From positions 16,926,001 through 16,990,000 of the forward strand of contig CM060731.1 of NCBI GenBank assembly GCA_030704615.1: a stretch of 64,000 nucleotides of DNA, written 5' to 3'. A program made the translations under genes and the position numbers. Shown here in pieces: positions 1-11,585 of this stretch; within the stretch, counting starts at the first letter, position 1; the number at the start of each line of letters is the position of its first letter. Source of the stretch: Takakia lepidozioides (taxonomy: Eukaryota; Plantae; Bryophyta). The notes under the pieces are model-generated. The model did no database searches. It saw only the letters and a list, made by a program, of their open reading frames with translations, and was not told the origin of the DNA.

Positions 1-2
1 GC

Positions 3-929
3 TCAACTGTTGGCATCACTTTTGGGACAGTTACTCCTGACATGCTGCACCAGCAACAACAACAGAGACAGGAACAACTGCAGCTCCAGCAGAAAGAGGA
101 GCAACTACACTCTCAACATCAGCCAACAGCTCAACAGATGACACCTCATCAGCAGGAGCCAGTAGATCAAACTGAGCCCCCATCCCAGGAACCTCAACTC
201 CTCCATGAGGGTCTACCACATCACCAACATCAGTTACAACACCCACATTTGCAGTCAGGGCAGGAAAACACATTGACTGAAAATGGGACCTTAGGTGGGA
301 TCAAGCAGACGCCATCTATGGTTACCTTGATGGAAACAGTGAACAGTGGGGCAGTACTGTCAGAAGAGTTCCCTCACCTTGACATCATCAATGACCTGCT
401 AGAAGATGACCAAAGCTTTGGCATGGCATTGAGTGTCATGCGGCATCATCCAGGGGGTGCCCGTGACTTCAGCAATTGTGATGGATCTCTTTCAGGTGGG
501 CATGTGGGAATGAACAAGCTCAACCAGTACAGGCAGCTTGGTGCAGATGGAGGAAACTGTGTGAATGGTGTCGGGGTTGAAGGGAGTGAAAGAGGCAGGG
601 CTCCAGATGATGACCGTTCACGCTTGCACAACGTTGACGGAAACTTGAGAGATAGCAGAAGAATGGGAGCTCCCTTTGCCCACCAACCCCTTGGTCGGCT
701 TCACAGCTCACATAGTGGGGTCCTTGATGGGGTATCGTCTCACTACTGGCCTACAAGTGCAGGAATGCCAGCTGTAAGCAACAGCAGCAGCAACAATGTA
801 AGGAACGGGCTGGATACGCACATGGGCTATACCCTAGTGCAAAGCCACCATCTACCCCTCCCTGACTGCTCAGGTTTCTCTCTGGGACACAATGGCTACA
901 CGGTCTATGCTCCTGCACAGCAGCCATAG
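3..929 (+). CDS. 3' terminal exon (partial) of a MATH/TRAF-domain protein, Arabidopsis TRAF1a/TRAF1b (At5g43560/At1g04300)-like
   Basis: Frame is open from the window start (STVGITFGTVTPDML...) to TAG at 927-929. Gln-rich stretch, then EEFPHLDIINDLLEDDQ, a motif I recall from the C-terminus of this plant family. The MATH domain would lie upstream, outside the window. Confidence 0.75.
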   Translation, partial: STVGITFGTVTPDMLHQQQQQRQEQLQLQQKEEQLHSQHQPTAQQMTPHQQEPVDQTEPPSQEPQLLHEGLPHHQHQLQHPHLQSGQENTLTENGTLGGIKQTPSMVTLMETVNSGAVLSEEFPHLDIINDLLEDDQSFGMALSVMRHHPGGARDFSNCDGSLSGGHVGMNKLNQYRQLGADGGNCVNGVGVEGSERGRAPDDDRSRLHNVDGNLRDSRRMGAPFAHQPLGRLHSSHSGVLDGVSSHYWPTSAGMPAVSNSSSNNVRNGLDTHMGYTLVQSHHLPLPDCSGFSLGHNGYTVYAPAQQP

Positions 930-2101
930 GTGAAGGGGGCAGCCCAGTTCTGACCATGTGCATTCTAAGAGCTTTTTTCTCTGGACTTATTGGCACCTCA
1001 CTTTCAATCGATATGGAATTAGTCCTGGTCGCTTTGAAGGCCCACTTCAATCCCACTTGAACTCTATTCCTGAGGATTTGGCTATGGCAAGGAGCCCATT
1101 TCAATTCTTGTGGAATACCAGTGGCAGTCAAGGTTTGATGCTGAAGTGTTTTGTTGGGCATCTTGGCCAGCTGTTTGCACTAAAATCTGAATCTCACTGA
1201 ATTTTGGTGATGCCTGCTTTATGATGACTAGGCTGAAGTTTTTCCTGGGATCCCTTGTATGATTCAGTAAACTAGTGAAGATGTGTTTGAGCATTGGGTG
1301 CTTGATGATTTACTTGTTCCCTTATGCTGGTGGGGGGCTTACTATTATGAGGTTAAGTGGCAAAAGTCTTGTTTTGTATGTCATAAAGGAACTATAGTCC
1401 TGTTGACATAGAACCTGCAGGATTTAACCCCTCTGGAGGTGACCATCTGGGAGAATAATTCTCACTAGCTAGAATAGCTCTACTTATAAATAGTCAAGAA
1501 CATGATTACCATCTCTACTTTTGTCCACCTACTTTGAAACCACCCCCAAAAGGGAGCTCTTCCTGTACAGTTTGTAGCCCCCCAAAACTCCGATAAGTCT
1601 TGAGTTCGACAGGATCCGTATCGGACATCTCTGAGTCCGTTAAGCGAAATTTGGGGGTTTAGCTGGCCGATTCCACTGGCAGTAACTCTAGGACCAAATT
1701 GGAGGTCTTGTTAGAAATACCTTTGACATTATGTTTGAACATTTTGCAGCCCCCAAGCACTAGTTCAAAACCACAAAGATTTATGTCAAGGGAATGCTTG
1801 TACCTCAACATCAGGCAGACTGGGAGAGAGACGCCTTATGGAGTGCTTTGGCTTTAGTTACAATGGCCAACAAAAAATGAGTACTCTCATTTTTTCTTCT
1901 AACAAAGCCAATGGCTACCTTGCAGGAAATTGACTCTGCTAAACACATCATATACTAGGAAACAAGTTTTGATGTGGTACTGCTATTGTAGCTCAGTCGC
2001 CTTGAGAATATGTGGTTGTGGCATCTATATACATAGCATAGACGTCAGATTGGCATATTTTCACTTATGTATGAAATGAACCACAGAAGTATAACGAGCT
2101 T

Positions 2102-3936
2102 GTGCAAACTTCATCCACTATACCAACACCCTTCATGCGCCAACTAAACCAACTACTAACCCGGACACACAAACTGAAGGCTGTTACCCACTACCCAAAC
2201 ATCCCTCTCTCGCAATCCGCTTCCTCTAATGACGCATCAACTTCATTCCCCATTAACAAACGAAACAAAGCTTGGGTTATGGCGGGACCGCGCCCTTCTC
2301 CGGCCACCCTGCCAATACCCACACCCCCTATACCCTCATTATACCGCCAAAACATCCATCTTCGATACCCCCATCTAACTCCCATTATACTGACGGGTCC
2401 CTCATCAAACCCAATGTCGGCTACAGCGTATATCATGCAGCCACCAACCAAGGCACTGGCCTCAGGCTCCCTGGCCCTGCCACCATACTGCGTATAGAAC
2501 TCATGGGCATATTCGAAGCACTTTCCTTACTAGATACCTTCCCGCCCCCATACTATATCTTCACAGATAGCCCCACCTCACTCTTTCTCATTCGGAACCA
2601 CATCTCCGCCCCTCCTCCTACCATCATCACCAAGACCGCAACCTCATCGCAGCCATCGTCAATCTTGTCGTCTCCAAAGGCCACCCCATCCATTTTCTCA
2701 AAGTCCGATCACACACCGGCATTCAAGGTAATGAGGCGGCAGACCTGCTTGCCCAAGAAGGCGCATCTCCACCTCTAGTGGTTCCCACGGACGACCCTAT
2801 TCACATTGCTCACACCCACCCCTTTTGGCTCATTCATCCAGTCCCAAACCCCCCGCACCACGACCAATACATAATCTTATGACCACTCTCACCCGGGAAG
2901 CAAACAAACAAGCCGCCGCCTCTCTAAGCCACACCAAAGTGCACATTCAGAAATGGACTCAGTCTACAGTGCTTCACCACAAGCTATCAAACTATTTTTG
3001 GCACACCAAAGCTACCACTGACGCACAGATCCGGCAAACACTTAAATTCCAATACGCCCAATACATGGGGTCACCAGCGTAAACATATTTTTTGGCCACG
3101 CCTCTTCCCATCACCATGCTGCCCATTATGCTCACACACCCATCATGAGCGCGACACTTGGCCACACCTACTTAGCCAATGTACCCACCCGATTATCCAT
3201 GGCCTCCATATAACACGACACAACCATGCAGTGTGGTACATCCATAAACTTCTTCTAAGTCGAGCTGAAACCATGTGGTACTCACTCATTAACGCCGACA
3301 CCTATCAAGGTCGACCCCCAGACCACACAGTGCTACCATGGCTGCTCCCCTGTACATGTACCAGCTCACCATGCACCTACCCCGCTAGGCTCTGTCCTGA
3401 TATTCTACTTGTCCTAGGACTATCCACAAACACACCACTACCCACTGCACCCTCCCCAAAATTCATCATACACTACATTGAATTCACTTACTGCCACGAT
3501 TGCTACCCCATGGATTCGATCTTGGAAAACAGCAAAAATACGCCTCACTTATCCTTACAATCCGCCGGCGAGGCTGGAATACCGGCCCGCTTACCGTCAT
3601 CACTGCCAGATTTAAAGGAGGTATCCACAATGCCAGTATTAATGTTATACACGACAACCTCCAAATTCCCCTCCCCCCTATCCACAAATGCTTTAAAGCC
3701 ATTCATCTCACGGCGCTACGTTCCCTCACAGCCATCATTACCAACAAACGACAACTAGAATCTAGCTCTACGACGCTACCCTAGGTACCCTTGGGTACCC
3801 AAGGGTACCACTGATACCCCTTCTCCTCAGTTACCCCGTGTCCTCTTGGACACCTGTATTTCTTATAGGGCCCACCCTCGAAAGGGGGCAGTAGCCGCAA
3901 GGCGAAGTGGCTTTCAGTTACGCCGGCTTAGGCCGG
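2102..3936 (+). mobile_element. 5'-truncated, frameshifted non-LTR retrotransposon with RNase H + CCHC knuckle + restriction-like endonuclease (Dualen/RandI-like)
   Basis: Across shifting frames: YTDGS, RIELMGIFEAL, FTDS, FLKVRSHTGIQGNEAADLLA (RNase H); CPLC..DTWPHLLSQC..ITRHNHAV (CCHC + RHN); RLCPDILLV..IEFTYCHD..KQQKYASL..RRRGW (RLE). Stop at 3782-3784, then a structured 3' region. The 5' boundary is approximate. Confidence 0.75.
3784..3809. repeat. Perfect 26-bp palindrome GGTACCCTTGGGTACCCAAGGGTACC
   Basis: Sequence equals its own reverse complement; contains three GGTACC sites; overlaps the stop codon of the RLE element. Confidence 0.95.
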
Positions 3937-3939
3937 AGT

Positions 3940-5100
3940 CTTCTCTCTGCAAACTTCATCAAGGAGTTCACATCTTTGAGCAAGGGCAACACACAGCATA
4001 GACCTAACAAAAGGTCAAAAATATCAACAAGGAGGTCAAAGGTTGGAAGCTGCTTTGGCCTCCCCCACGCCGCTCAAAGCCATCTTTACCACATTGAGAG
4101 TCCTATACTCAGCCATAACTCTTGCAGCTGGTTTGAGCAAACTAATGCATCGGGTCTTTATGTTCCAAAGAATTTTTGTACCCTTGGTTTGCATCAATTC
4201 GGCTAGCTTCTGAAATCCAAGGTGAAGTTTTGGACTATGCGCAAAATAAGAGTGCAAGGATTGAAGCAAAGTTTCCAACCGATTCACCAAGCTCAGGTCA
4301 CACAAAGTTTGGACTGTCAAGTTGGTCCGGTGGACCATACAATGGACCCCCACAATGCGAGGAGCATCTTTGTACTACAGTTGCACATTGGTGCATGTCT
4401 GCACACCTTGAAAGATGCTCACACCATCTGTGCTAAATGATACAAGACTTTGGGCTAATTTTTCCCTCGTCAGACCTCCACCAATCATGAGGGTTTCGAC
4501 TGTGAGTCTCTTCAATGCCTCCGCATTTGCACCAACTATAAGTCTCTCCTATGTGAGCAGTATGGGTAGTCTTCGCCAATTTTTTACGCAAAACATGGAC
4601 AAACATGGACAAATGGCCAATTTTGGTTTAATTGAGGTTATCTCATTACATGACACTGATAGGTACCTAGATGCATTCAGAGCCTCCTTGGTGGCTTGCA
4701 AGAACTTTAAATACATGTATTCCGCCATTTCTAGCCACTGTTATCGGATCAATGTTTGTTTGAAGAATCTTTACTTTCAGCTGCTTGAAAAGATCTTTCA
4801 ACCCCTCATAGTCGGTCATGGGCTTGCCTTCGTTAAGGATGTGGAAAAAAAACAACAAATTGGACCAACTAATTCCTTTTATCTTGGGGCACCTCTCCAT
4901 GAACAATTTGCATCTGCATCATTGAATCCCCCAAAAGAAGCTACAAATAGGGCTTCATTCTCGCAATGTTCGTTAAAGTCAGAATATTGGTCTGTGAGAA
5001 CCACCACAGTGCAGCTGAGCGGGCGTTGATTGAAACATGGACTGCCAAGACCAAGCCGACTCTCCCAAGAACCTTGTAAACATCAGGAAGAATACCACAT
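3940..5100 (-). mobile_element. Degenerate hAT-superfamily (ZNF862-like) transposase remnant
   Basis: Minus-strand ORF 4036-4353 reads GVHCMVHRTNL..SYFAHSPK..KILWNIKTRCISL, matching the HCxAHRxNL, YFxxSPK and TRW motifs of ZNF862-type hAT transposases. A further fragment lies at 4667-4906. Frameshifted; boundaries approximate. Confidence 0.7.
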
Positions 5101-6743
5101 CACGGTACAAACATGAGCTAAGATTCCATTGCGGTTGCGGTGCAGGTTGTGCTTCGCCCCGCATCAGTAGCTCAATGCAAAGCCTCCATCCCACGCCCTA
5201 TCATGCGATCATCGTGTTCCATGACACAACAGCTCGATACTAAGAAACCGCACAGGAGAAATAAGAAAAAAAACTAAGTTCCAGCCCTCTAATGGGCAAC
5301 CCTATAAGCAACTTTTTAAATTGTTTTAACCTTTTGGCTACGACGCTTGCACTAGAAGTCATTCCAACGACTATTTGCAAGCATGAATCATGCCATCCTC
5401 CCCTACAACATATTTTGCCATGTAAGCCTAGCAGCCCATACATCTTGAAATTTTCTGTTTAGGTCATATTGGGCTTGTTTCCTCTTCTCGTTGTTAAGAG
5501 AGCCGTTATTTGTGGACAGTTGAACAATTTTAAATTTTAGAGCTTTCTTTGTCTTGCACCAGTCGCAGGGAGATGGCTAAGTCAAAAAAGAGAAAAAATT
5601 CGTTAGAAATAAAACACTGGTTCCTAGACTGGGATCATGACAATCATGGAGGATGCCAAATTTGGACTTTGTCAATGCCCATGCAAGTTAGTGAAGACTA
5701 CAAATGTGACCGGAGTACTTTGACTTTATTAGTGAGTTGAATCAGCTCTAAAGAAGTGCAAAACTTATGATACAAATGAGAAGTCCTTGTCCCTTAGCCG
5801 TCGGATCTATATACTTCTTGGTCATATGCATATTTTATTGCAAGACTCGATTTGTCATTTTAACGCACCATCATAGATATACGAACAACGTCATTTTATT
5901 TTATTTTATTTTTTATTTTAAAACAGAGGGATTGAATCCCTGAATACTTTATTCCATCAATTTAGTGGCAGCCCATATATTTATTTGGGATTATTCGGGG
6001 AAAAAAAAATTAAAACCCCTAAAACGCCATGAGGCACACACACCATAGTGAGTGTAGTTGGGACCCAACATCCTCACTTGAGGGGAGGACCTCGTGAGAC
6101 TCCAACAGGGACAACGTCCCGAGAATACCACTTAATGTATAAGACTTGACCATTTTGCATAGTTGAGAGGGCGCAGACAATAAGGGAAGGGAAACAAGAG
6201 ACAGTGACAAGCCTACATAAAAACCTGTGCATAATAAGGAACATATGCCTAGAAGGAACCACCAGAAATAATTTAATTAATTTAATTAAATAATTGGTTA
6301 CATTTCTGGATTACAGATAAGATGGCTGACACTTTTTAGCGATATAACAAAAGTCTCAATAACCTGGAGTCAGGCTTCTAGGTTCATAGCTTCGATTCAT
6401 TCATGATTGGCTTCTGCCATGTATGTTTTCTCTGGATCATTTTTTACGCATGGTTGCCTTCGGGCCTCACGGTTTTACTTTTTTCCCTCAATAATTCAAT
6501 AAAGCTATAAGGGCTAGGGCCTCCCCTTTCCAAAAAAAAAACAAAAAAAGAAGTTAACTATTATCCAGGTACACCTAACACTAGAGGGAGTAAGAAAAAG
6601 GGTATATACCACAATATGGAGCGAGGTATGTATTTGCCTCTAGTATGGTATTGCCCGGGGTGTTGGTAAGGTCTTACCTACCGGGTTGATATCAGTATTG
6701 ATACCCGGATTGGACCTATATACTATAACTTATACCGATCCAA

Positions 6744-7083
6744 CGCTGTTGGGAGGTTCTTTGCTTCAGCTACAAAACCCCCCCCCCCCCCCAAGTTATC
6801 AAGAAAGTTATATGGATATATAACCGTGGTTCTCAAAAATACAAAGAGCCGGCAAAAGATCATAACCGCCGGTTACGTAGTTTTGAGATAACCAGCCTGA
6901 AAACCCTCAAAGATCCGCCAAAGAAACCGCCTGTTCTTTTAGGTTCTTACAATTAACCGGAACCGGTGGTTCTTTCCATTAAAAATATCTGAAAACACCG
7001 GAACCGGAGGATCTTTGATTCTAAGATTTTGTAGAAACCAGAACCGGAGGTTTTGAAAGAAATCAAATAACCGCCCAACACTG
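6744..7083. mobile_element. Possible hAT-type MITE remnant
   Basis: Imperfect terminal inverted repeats (left CGCTGTTGGGAGGTT; right AACCGCCCAACACTG; 12/15 match) and many AACCG/AACCGG subterminal motifs. No matching 8-bp TSD. Confidence 0.45.
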
Positions 7084-7320
7084 GTATGGACCAGTGTTGT
7101 GCGGGTAAATCATTTACCCGGATTAGGACGTTTAGGGGAAAATCTATGGGACATCTGTTCAGTGTCATTTTGCCAAGTGCCTCTCTCTCAAAAGAGGTAG
7201 AAGGGAGAAAAAGAAAAGCAGGGAGGTGTTGAACTCGCACTGTGCACGAGGATCGGACTTGTGGGTTTAGAGGTTTGCACTTCTTCGCTGCTGGGCATTC
7301 ATGCATCCAAGTCTCTAGTG

Positions 7321-10300
7321 ATGAATCTAGGGTGTGTTCAGCATCCCAGCTCTCACTGCTCCCAGGGTTTATTCCAAATCCCAGCTTGGCATCTCAGCAC
7401 AGGGGTGCGGTTGCGTGTACACACATGTCAAGGAGTCAGCAGTGCAGTAGGATTTGGCAATCGCAGGTATCAGGGGTTTCGCTCGGGAGTAGACAGGGTC
7501 TGTGAGGGGTTTTTGAGTTCCACAAAAAGTTGCGAGATTTGCTTCACTCATCGGAGTTGTCACGGGTTTGGAAGCACACAGATTGGGTGGCAAGTAAGGT
7601 ATCCCACAGTAAGAGCGGCAAGCCGAGTGCCAAAGAGACGACGACAAGAGCCTGGGATTTCAGTAACCAGCATTGTTCAGAGTTTGAGCGCAACGGGAGT
7701 GAATGCAGTGCAGGTACGGTGACTCTGGATTTCGTAAGTTCATTCACATATCAGGCATTAACTTCTTCTAGAGCCCTCGCAGGAATGCAAGGTTGGCCGT
7801 CTCCACCTGAGCAATGCCAAATGCAACGATTAAAGCCAATTATCTAACATGATCTTCTGTTGTAGCAGGTGCTGGAGACGCAAGCCCGCTCATTGGAGCC
7901 TTCTGATTGGTTTACAATGATGGAAGTCCTTGGCAAGCAGCGTCGGTGGCTTCTTGCTCTTGAGGTGTACACAATTGTTTTCGTCTTCGTGCCGAGGAGG
8001 GTGTCTGCATATTTTGAGTCGCAGTCCATGGAAATTATTGTCAAACTGGGAATTCACGTTCTGTTCTTAAGCCTGGAGATCCAGTCAAAATGCAGAAAGT
8101 ATGCTGAGGTCTTTTTAATGAAGAAAGGTCTTTCTTTCAAGGCCAGAAAGAGGAAGCTGGAAAGAAACTCATCCTCTTTGCATGGTCCTGTGGTGTGAAC
8201 GTCATCAGGGACAAGCAACAAAATGAAAACTGGTTTATTAGCTGCTGAAATGTAGGTAGTTCAAGTGGCGGTCAGTTTTTCAGGTTTTGGATTGCGTTCT
8301 GGGCTGCTCACCAAGCCGATTTCTCCTTTGACGCTTTGGGTCAACGTTGTGTGTTTGTGTTGGACTGAAAAATTCTGTGGAGTGGCATTCTTGGTAGGTC
8401 TTCAGATGGATGCAACAGCAAAGATGGTATAAGCCTGACAATGGTTTCTATTCAAAGCTCATCTCAATCATGGGGAAGGAGAAGCAATTGAGGCTTGCCA
8501 TTTGGCTATTCAAGGAATTTCGTAAAAATGGGGGCAGGCCTGATACTTCCCTGTACAACGCTGTTATAACTGCTCACATTCGAAGCAAGGACATGGGCAG
8601 GGGGTTTGAGAGGGCCCTTGTATTTCTTGAGGAGATGAAGACAAAACCTAGGTGCGAATCATGCGTCTTCCTCATTTGAGTACCTATGGAACCTTCAGGG
8701 AATCCAGAGGGCAGAGGCCGTATGCTGATCAAAGGCAAGGCTGTGTGCATTTATCTGTGGAATTCAGTACTGATTACATGTCAAATTGTGAAGGATTCCT
8801 GCTTCCTTCTTGTTTTCTTATCATCTGCAGGAATATCTAGTCTCACTGGATGAATCCCTCTATATTGCTTTTCTGGAGGACTGTTGTCACCATTTGGGAC
8901 TAATATGGAATATGGGATTTTTTGGGTTCACAGATGTCTGCCAAATGTGGTAACATACAACATTTTGTTGAGGGCGTGTGCTCAGTTGGGCGACTTTGAG
9001 AGAGTAAATGGTTTTTTTAAGGAAATGCAGGAGGCAGGAATCTCACCTGATGTCTTTTCATACAATGGGATACTTGATGCATATGGAAAAGCTGGGAACT
9101 ATTTGCAAATGGAACAAACACTGGCCTTAATGAGGGGAGATCATATCAAGCCTGATCTAGTGACTTACAACATTCTCATTGATGCCTATGGGAGGGCGAG
9201 AGCCTTCAGCAAGATGGAGCAAGTGAGTGATCTCTTATCTCAAATGCAGGAAGACTGAATTAGTCATGTAAACTACGGATCTTTTGGTTTGTTTCAGGAT
9301 CAAAGGAAGACAGTACTGGTCTCAGTCAGGCCTTTGATATGAGAGTTATTGCCTTTGTTCCCTACCGGTAATCCGTTGCTGTTAGCATTTACGAGGTTTG
9401 GCAATTGGCCGTACGAGAGATATACTGGAGGTTCCTCTGATCAAATTTGAAGCCTTTCTTTGCACATGCCACTTTATCATAGCAGCTCACAGTTGCAAAC
9501 ACAGGTATTCAAGAGCATGTCAGGTGCAAAGTCCAAACACAAGCCAGAGTTGAAGACATACAATTCGCTGATGTGGAATTACGGAAAGGCAGGAGAGGTG
9601 GAACAGATGGAATCAGTCCTTTCCAGATTGGAGGATGCAGGTCTTAAGCCCAATCTCATCACATATGAGGTTTTAATAACCGGTTATGGGCATATAGGTG
9701 CCTTCCACAAAGTTGGAGACTGCTTGGACCGGTTGGGGAAGGTGGGCATGACGCCACAACTTTCAACATTGAATGCACTGGTGGGAGCTTACTGTGAGCA
9801 CAAATTGTTTGAGGAGGCAGAGGGGTTGCTAAGCAATGCAGGGAATCTGGGTTTGCACCCACGGGCTTCCTCATATTTGATTCTTCTCAGGTGAAGTCTT
9901 CCCAGCTACCAATAGTAGAGTTATTTTTGGAGGATTTTTCACTGCACAAAGACATGGGTTTTTTGGTAGATGCTATATTATGGGGTCGGGCTTTGCGATG
10001 CAAAGGTGTGATTGCAACTTTCAGACATTAATATGTCATCCCTTAAAGTGACTTGTTCTTGTGCCCACCACATTATTTTGTTGATTGTTCAATTTGTGAG
10101 GGCTTTCTCTTCATGTTGATCTCAACTCGTTTTGGCATGTCTGCAGGGCCTATGGGGAGGATGGCCGAAGGAAAGAGATGGGAGAACTGCTGGAAAGAAT
10201 GGATAAGAAGCATGTTTTACCCAATAGAGCAACATTTCTGGAATTTCTTGGATCGTATGGGTTGTCAGTGGGGAGCAAAACACTTGATGAGACAGACAGT

Positions 10301-10456
10301 GTGGTTGAAGCAGCGGTACCCGACCTTGAAGTAGAAGAGGGGTCGACTGATGCAGAGTTCTTTCAGAGTAGTCCAAAATGTGTTGATTTTGACGCTCATT
10401 CTGCTTCAGAGTTCGGGATTTTGACACCTGGGCTGACAGCCAGCACCATCTTATAA
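7321..10456 (+). CDS. PPR5: P-class pentatricopeptide repeat protein, plastid-targeted, PPR5/EMB2453 (At4g39620)-like; 6 exons
   Basis: Exons 7321-7713, 7869-7964, 8398-8651, 8934-9222, 9505-9890, 10147-10456 with GT-AG introns. VFRWMQQQRWYKPDNGFYSKLISIMGK, CLPNVVTYNILLRACAQ, PDVFSYNGILDAYGK and PDLVTYNILIDAYGR match the PPR5 family as recalled. Ser/Arg-rich transit-peptide-like N-terminus. Start codon inferred. Confidence 0.85.
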
Positions 10457-11585
10457 GCATTATCATCTGTCCCTACATCACATATAATGGTTGCCTCCTC
10501 TTCCATTCCTTGCTTCCCTTTCTCCCTACAATCCTATCGATGTGTCAGGTCATTATTAGAACAGAAGCTATACAGGCCACCACCTCTGAGGCCATTCAAA
10601 ACTGAGTCTTGAGCTGATAAGGGGAGGAGCCAGCAACTGAAGGGGAGAGGGATAAGAAAGTCATCAATAACTCCATTTCCTTAGCCTTCAAGTAGAAGTC
10701 CAATTCATCTGCACATTATGACCAGCCTTGGAAACCCTCTCACCCACATCATATGAATTCGACCATGGCATTTGGATCTGATAGGACTTCTAGAAACAGT
10801 AGTGAGGTGAACTATAATAGCCTGATTTCTCGCTACATCAGGAGAATCTCGATGATGTGGAAACTCTTTTAAGTGCTGGAGGATCTTGTTACGGACTCTT
10901 TTCAAATGCTTTTATCACTGACCTGCCTCGGAAAAGGCAGTATTGGCCTTGGTGGAGATCTGCTGATCGTTAGGTTTTTGCAGTCTAGACCGGCCAGCGT
11001 GGGACCAACACTGCGTCTACAGTCTACAGCCAAAGGGTGCACTAAGATGCACTGAACGAAGAAAAAGAATCGAGAAGAAATGCCTTTGTAACAGGGTTAA
11101 GATCTTGTGGCCGTGCATCAGCCATAGCAACCATGTACCTTCATCAAGTTCTGCTAAAGCCGTGCTTCCTGCATCCCTCGTACATAGCAGAATGATCCAC
11201 CCGAGAACGAGAACGGTAGAATGATGGGAGTCCCCAGAAAGCAGGATCCCAAGATCAAGGGAATCTTTGTGGAGATATTCAAGCAGCATCCATCCAAGAA
11301 CTGTCCATCTGAATTTGTGGGAAGAAAAGGTGGGTGCCACGTGGTGCAGGAACATAGAGATGCTAACCACTTCGCATCAAGTGAGCGTGCACTCCTCCTC
11401 GCGCCCACACACGCCTGTGCAGCACCTGCACACAACTCTCTGTTGGGCTTCTCCGCCACCATCGCTGCCACCTCGGAATAAGACTGCAATCAACCAAAAA
11501 CAATTGAAATTTTCTAAACAGCTGGGTGGAGTTATGCCGCAATTGACAAACAACATTTGAAATTTTGAAACAGCTGTGTGGAGTC

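Noticed and set aside
42-250. CAG/CAA-rich repeat
   Set aside because: Ordinary Gln-rich low-complexity coding sequence of the TRAF-like protein.
3868-3912. HDV-like ribozyme (GGCGAA followed by GTGG able to pair with upstream CCAC)
   Set aside because: I could not build P1/P1.1 or the conserved L3 loop by eye; kept only as an unspecified structured RNA.
10600-11560. Several overlapping short ORFs between PPR5 and VPS13
   Set aside because: No recognisable domain or consistent exon structure; probably UTR/promoter or unrecognisable TE debris.
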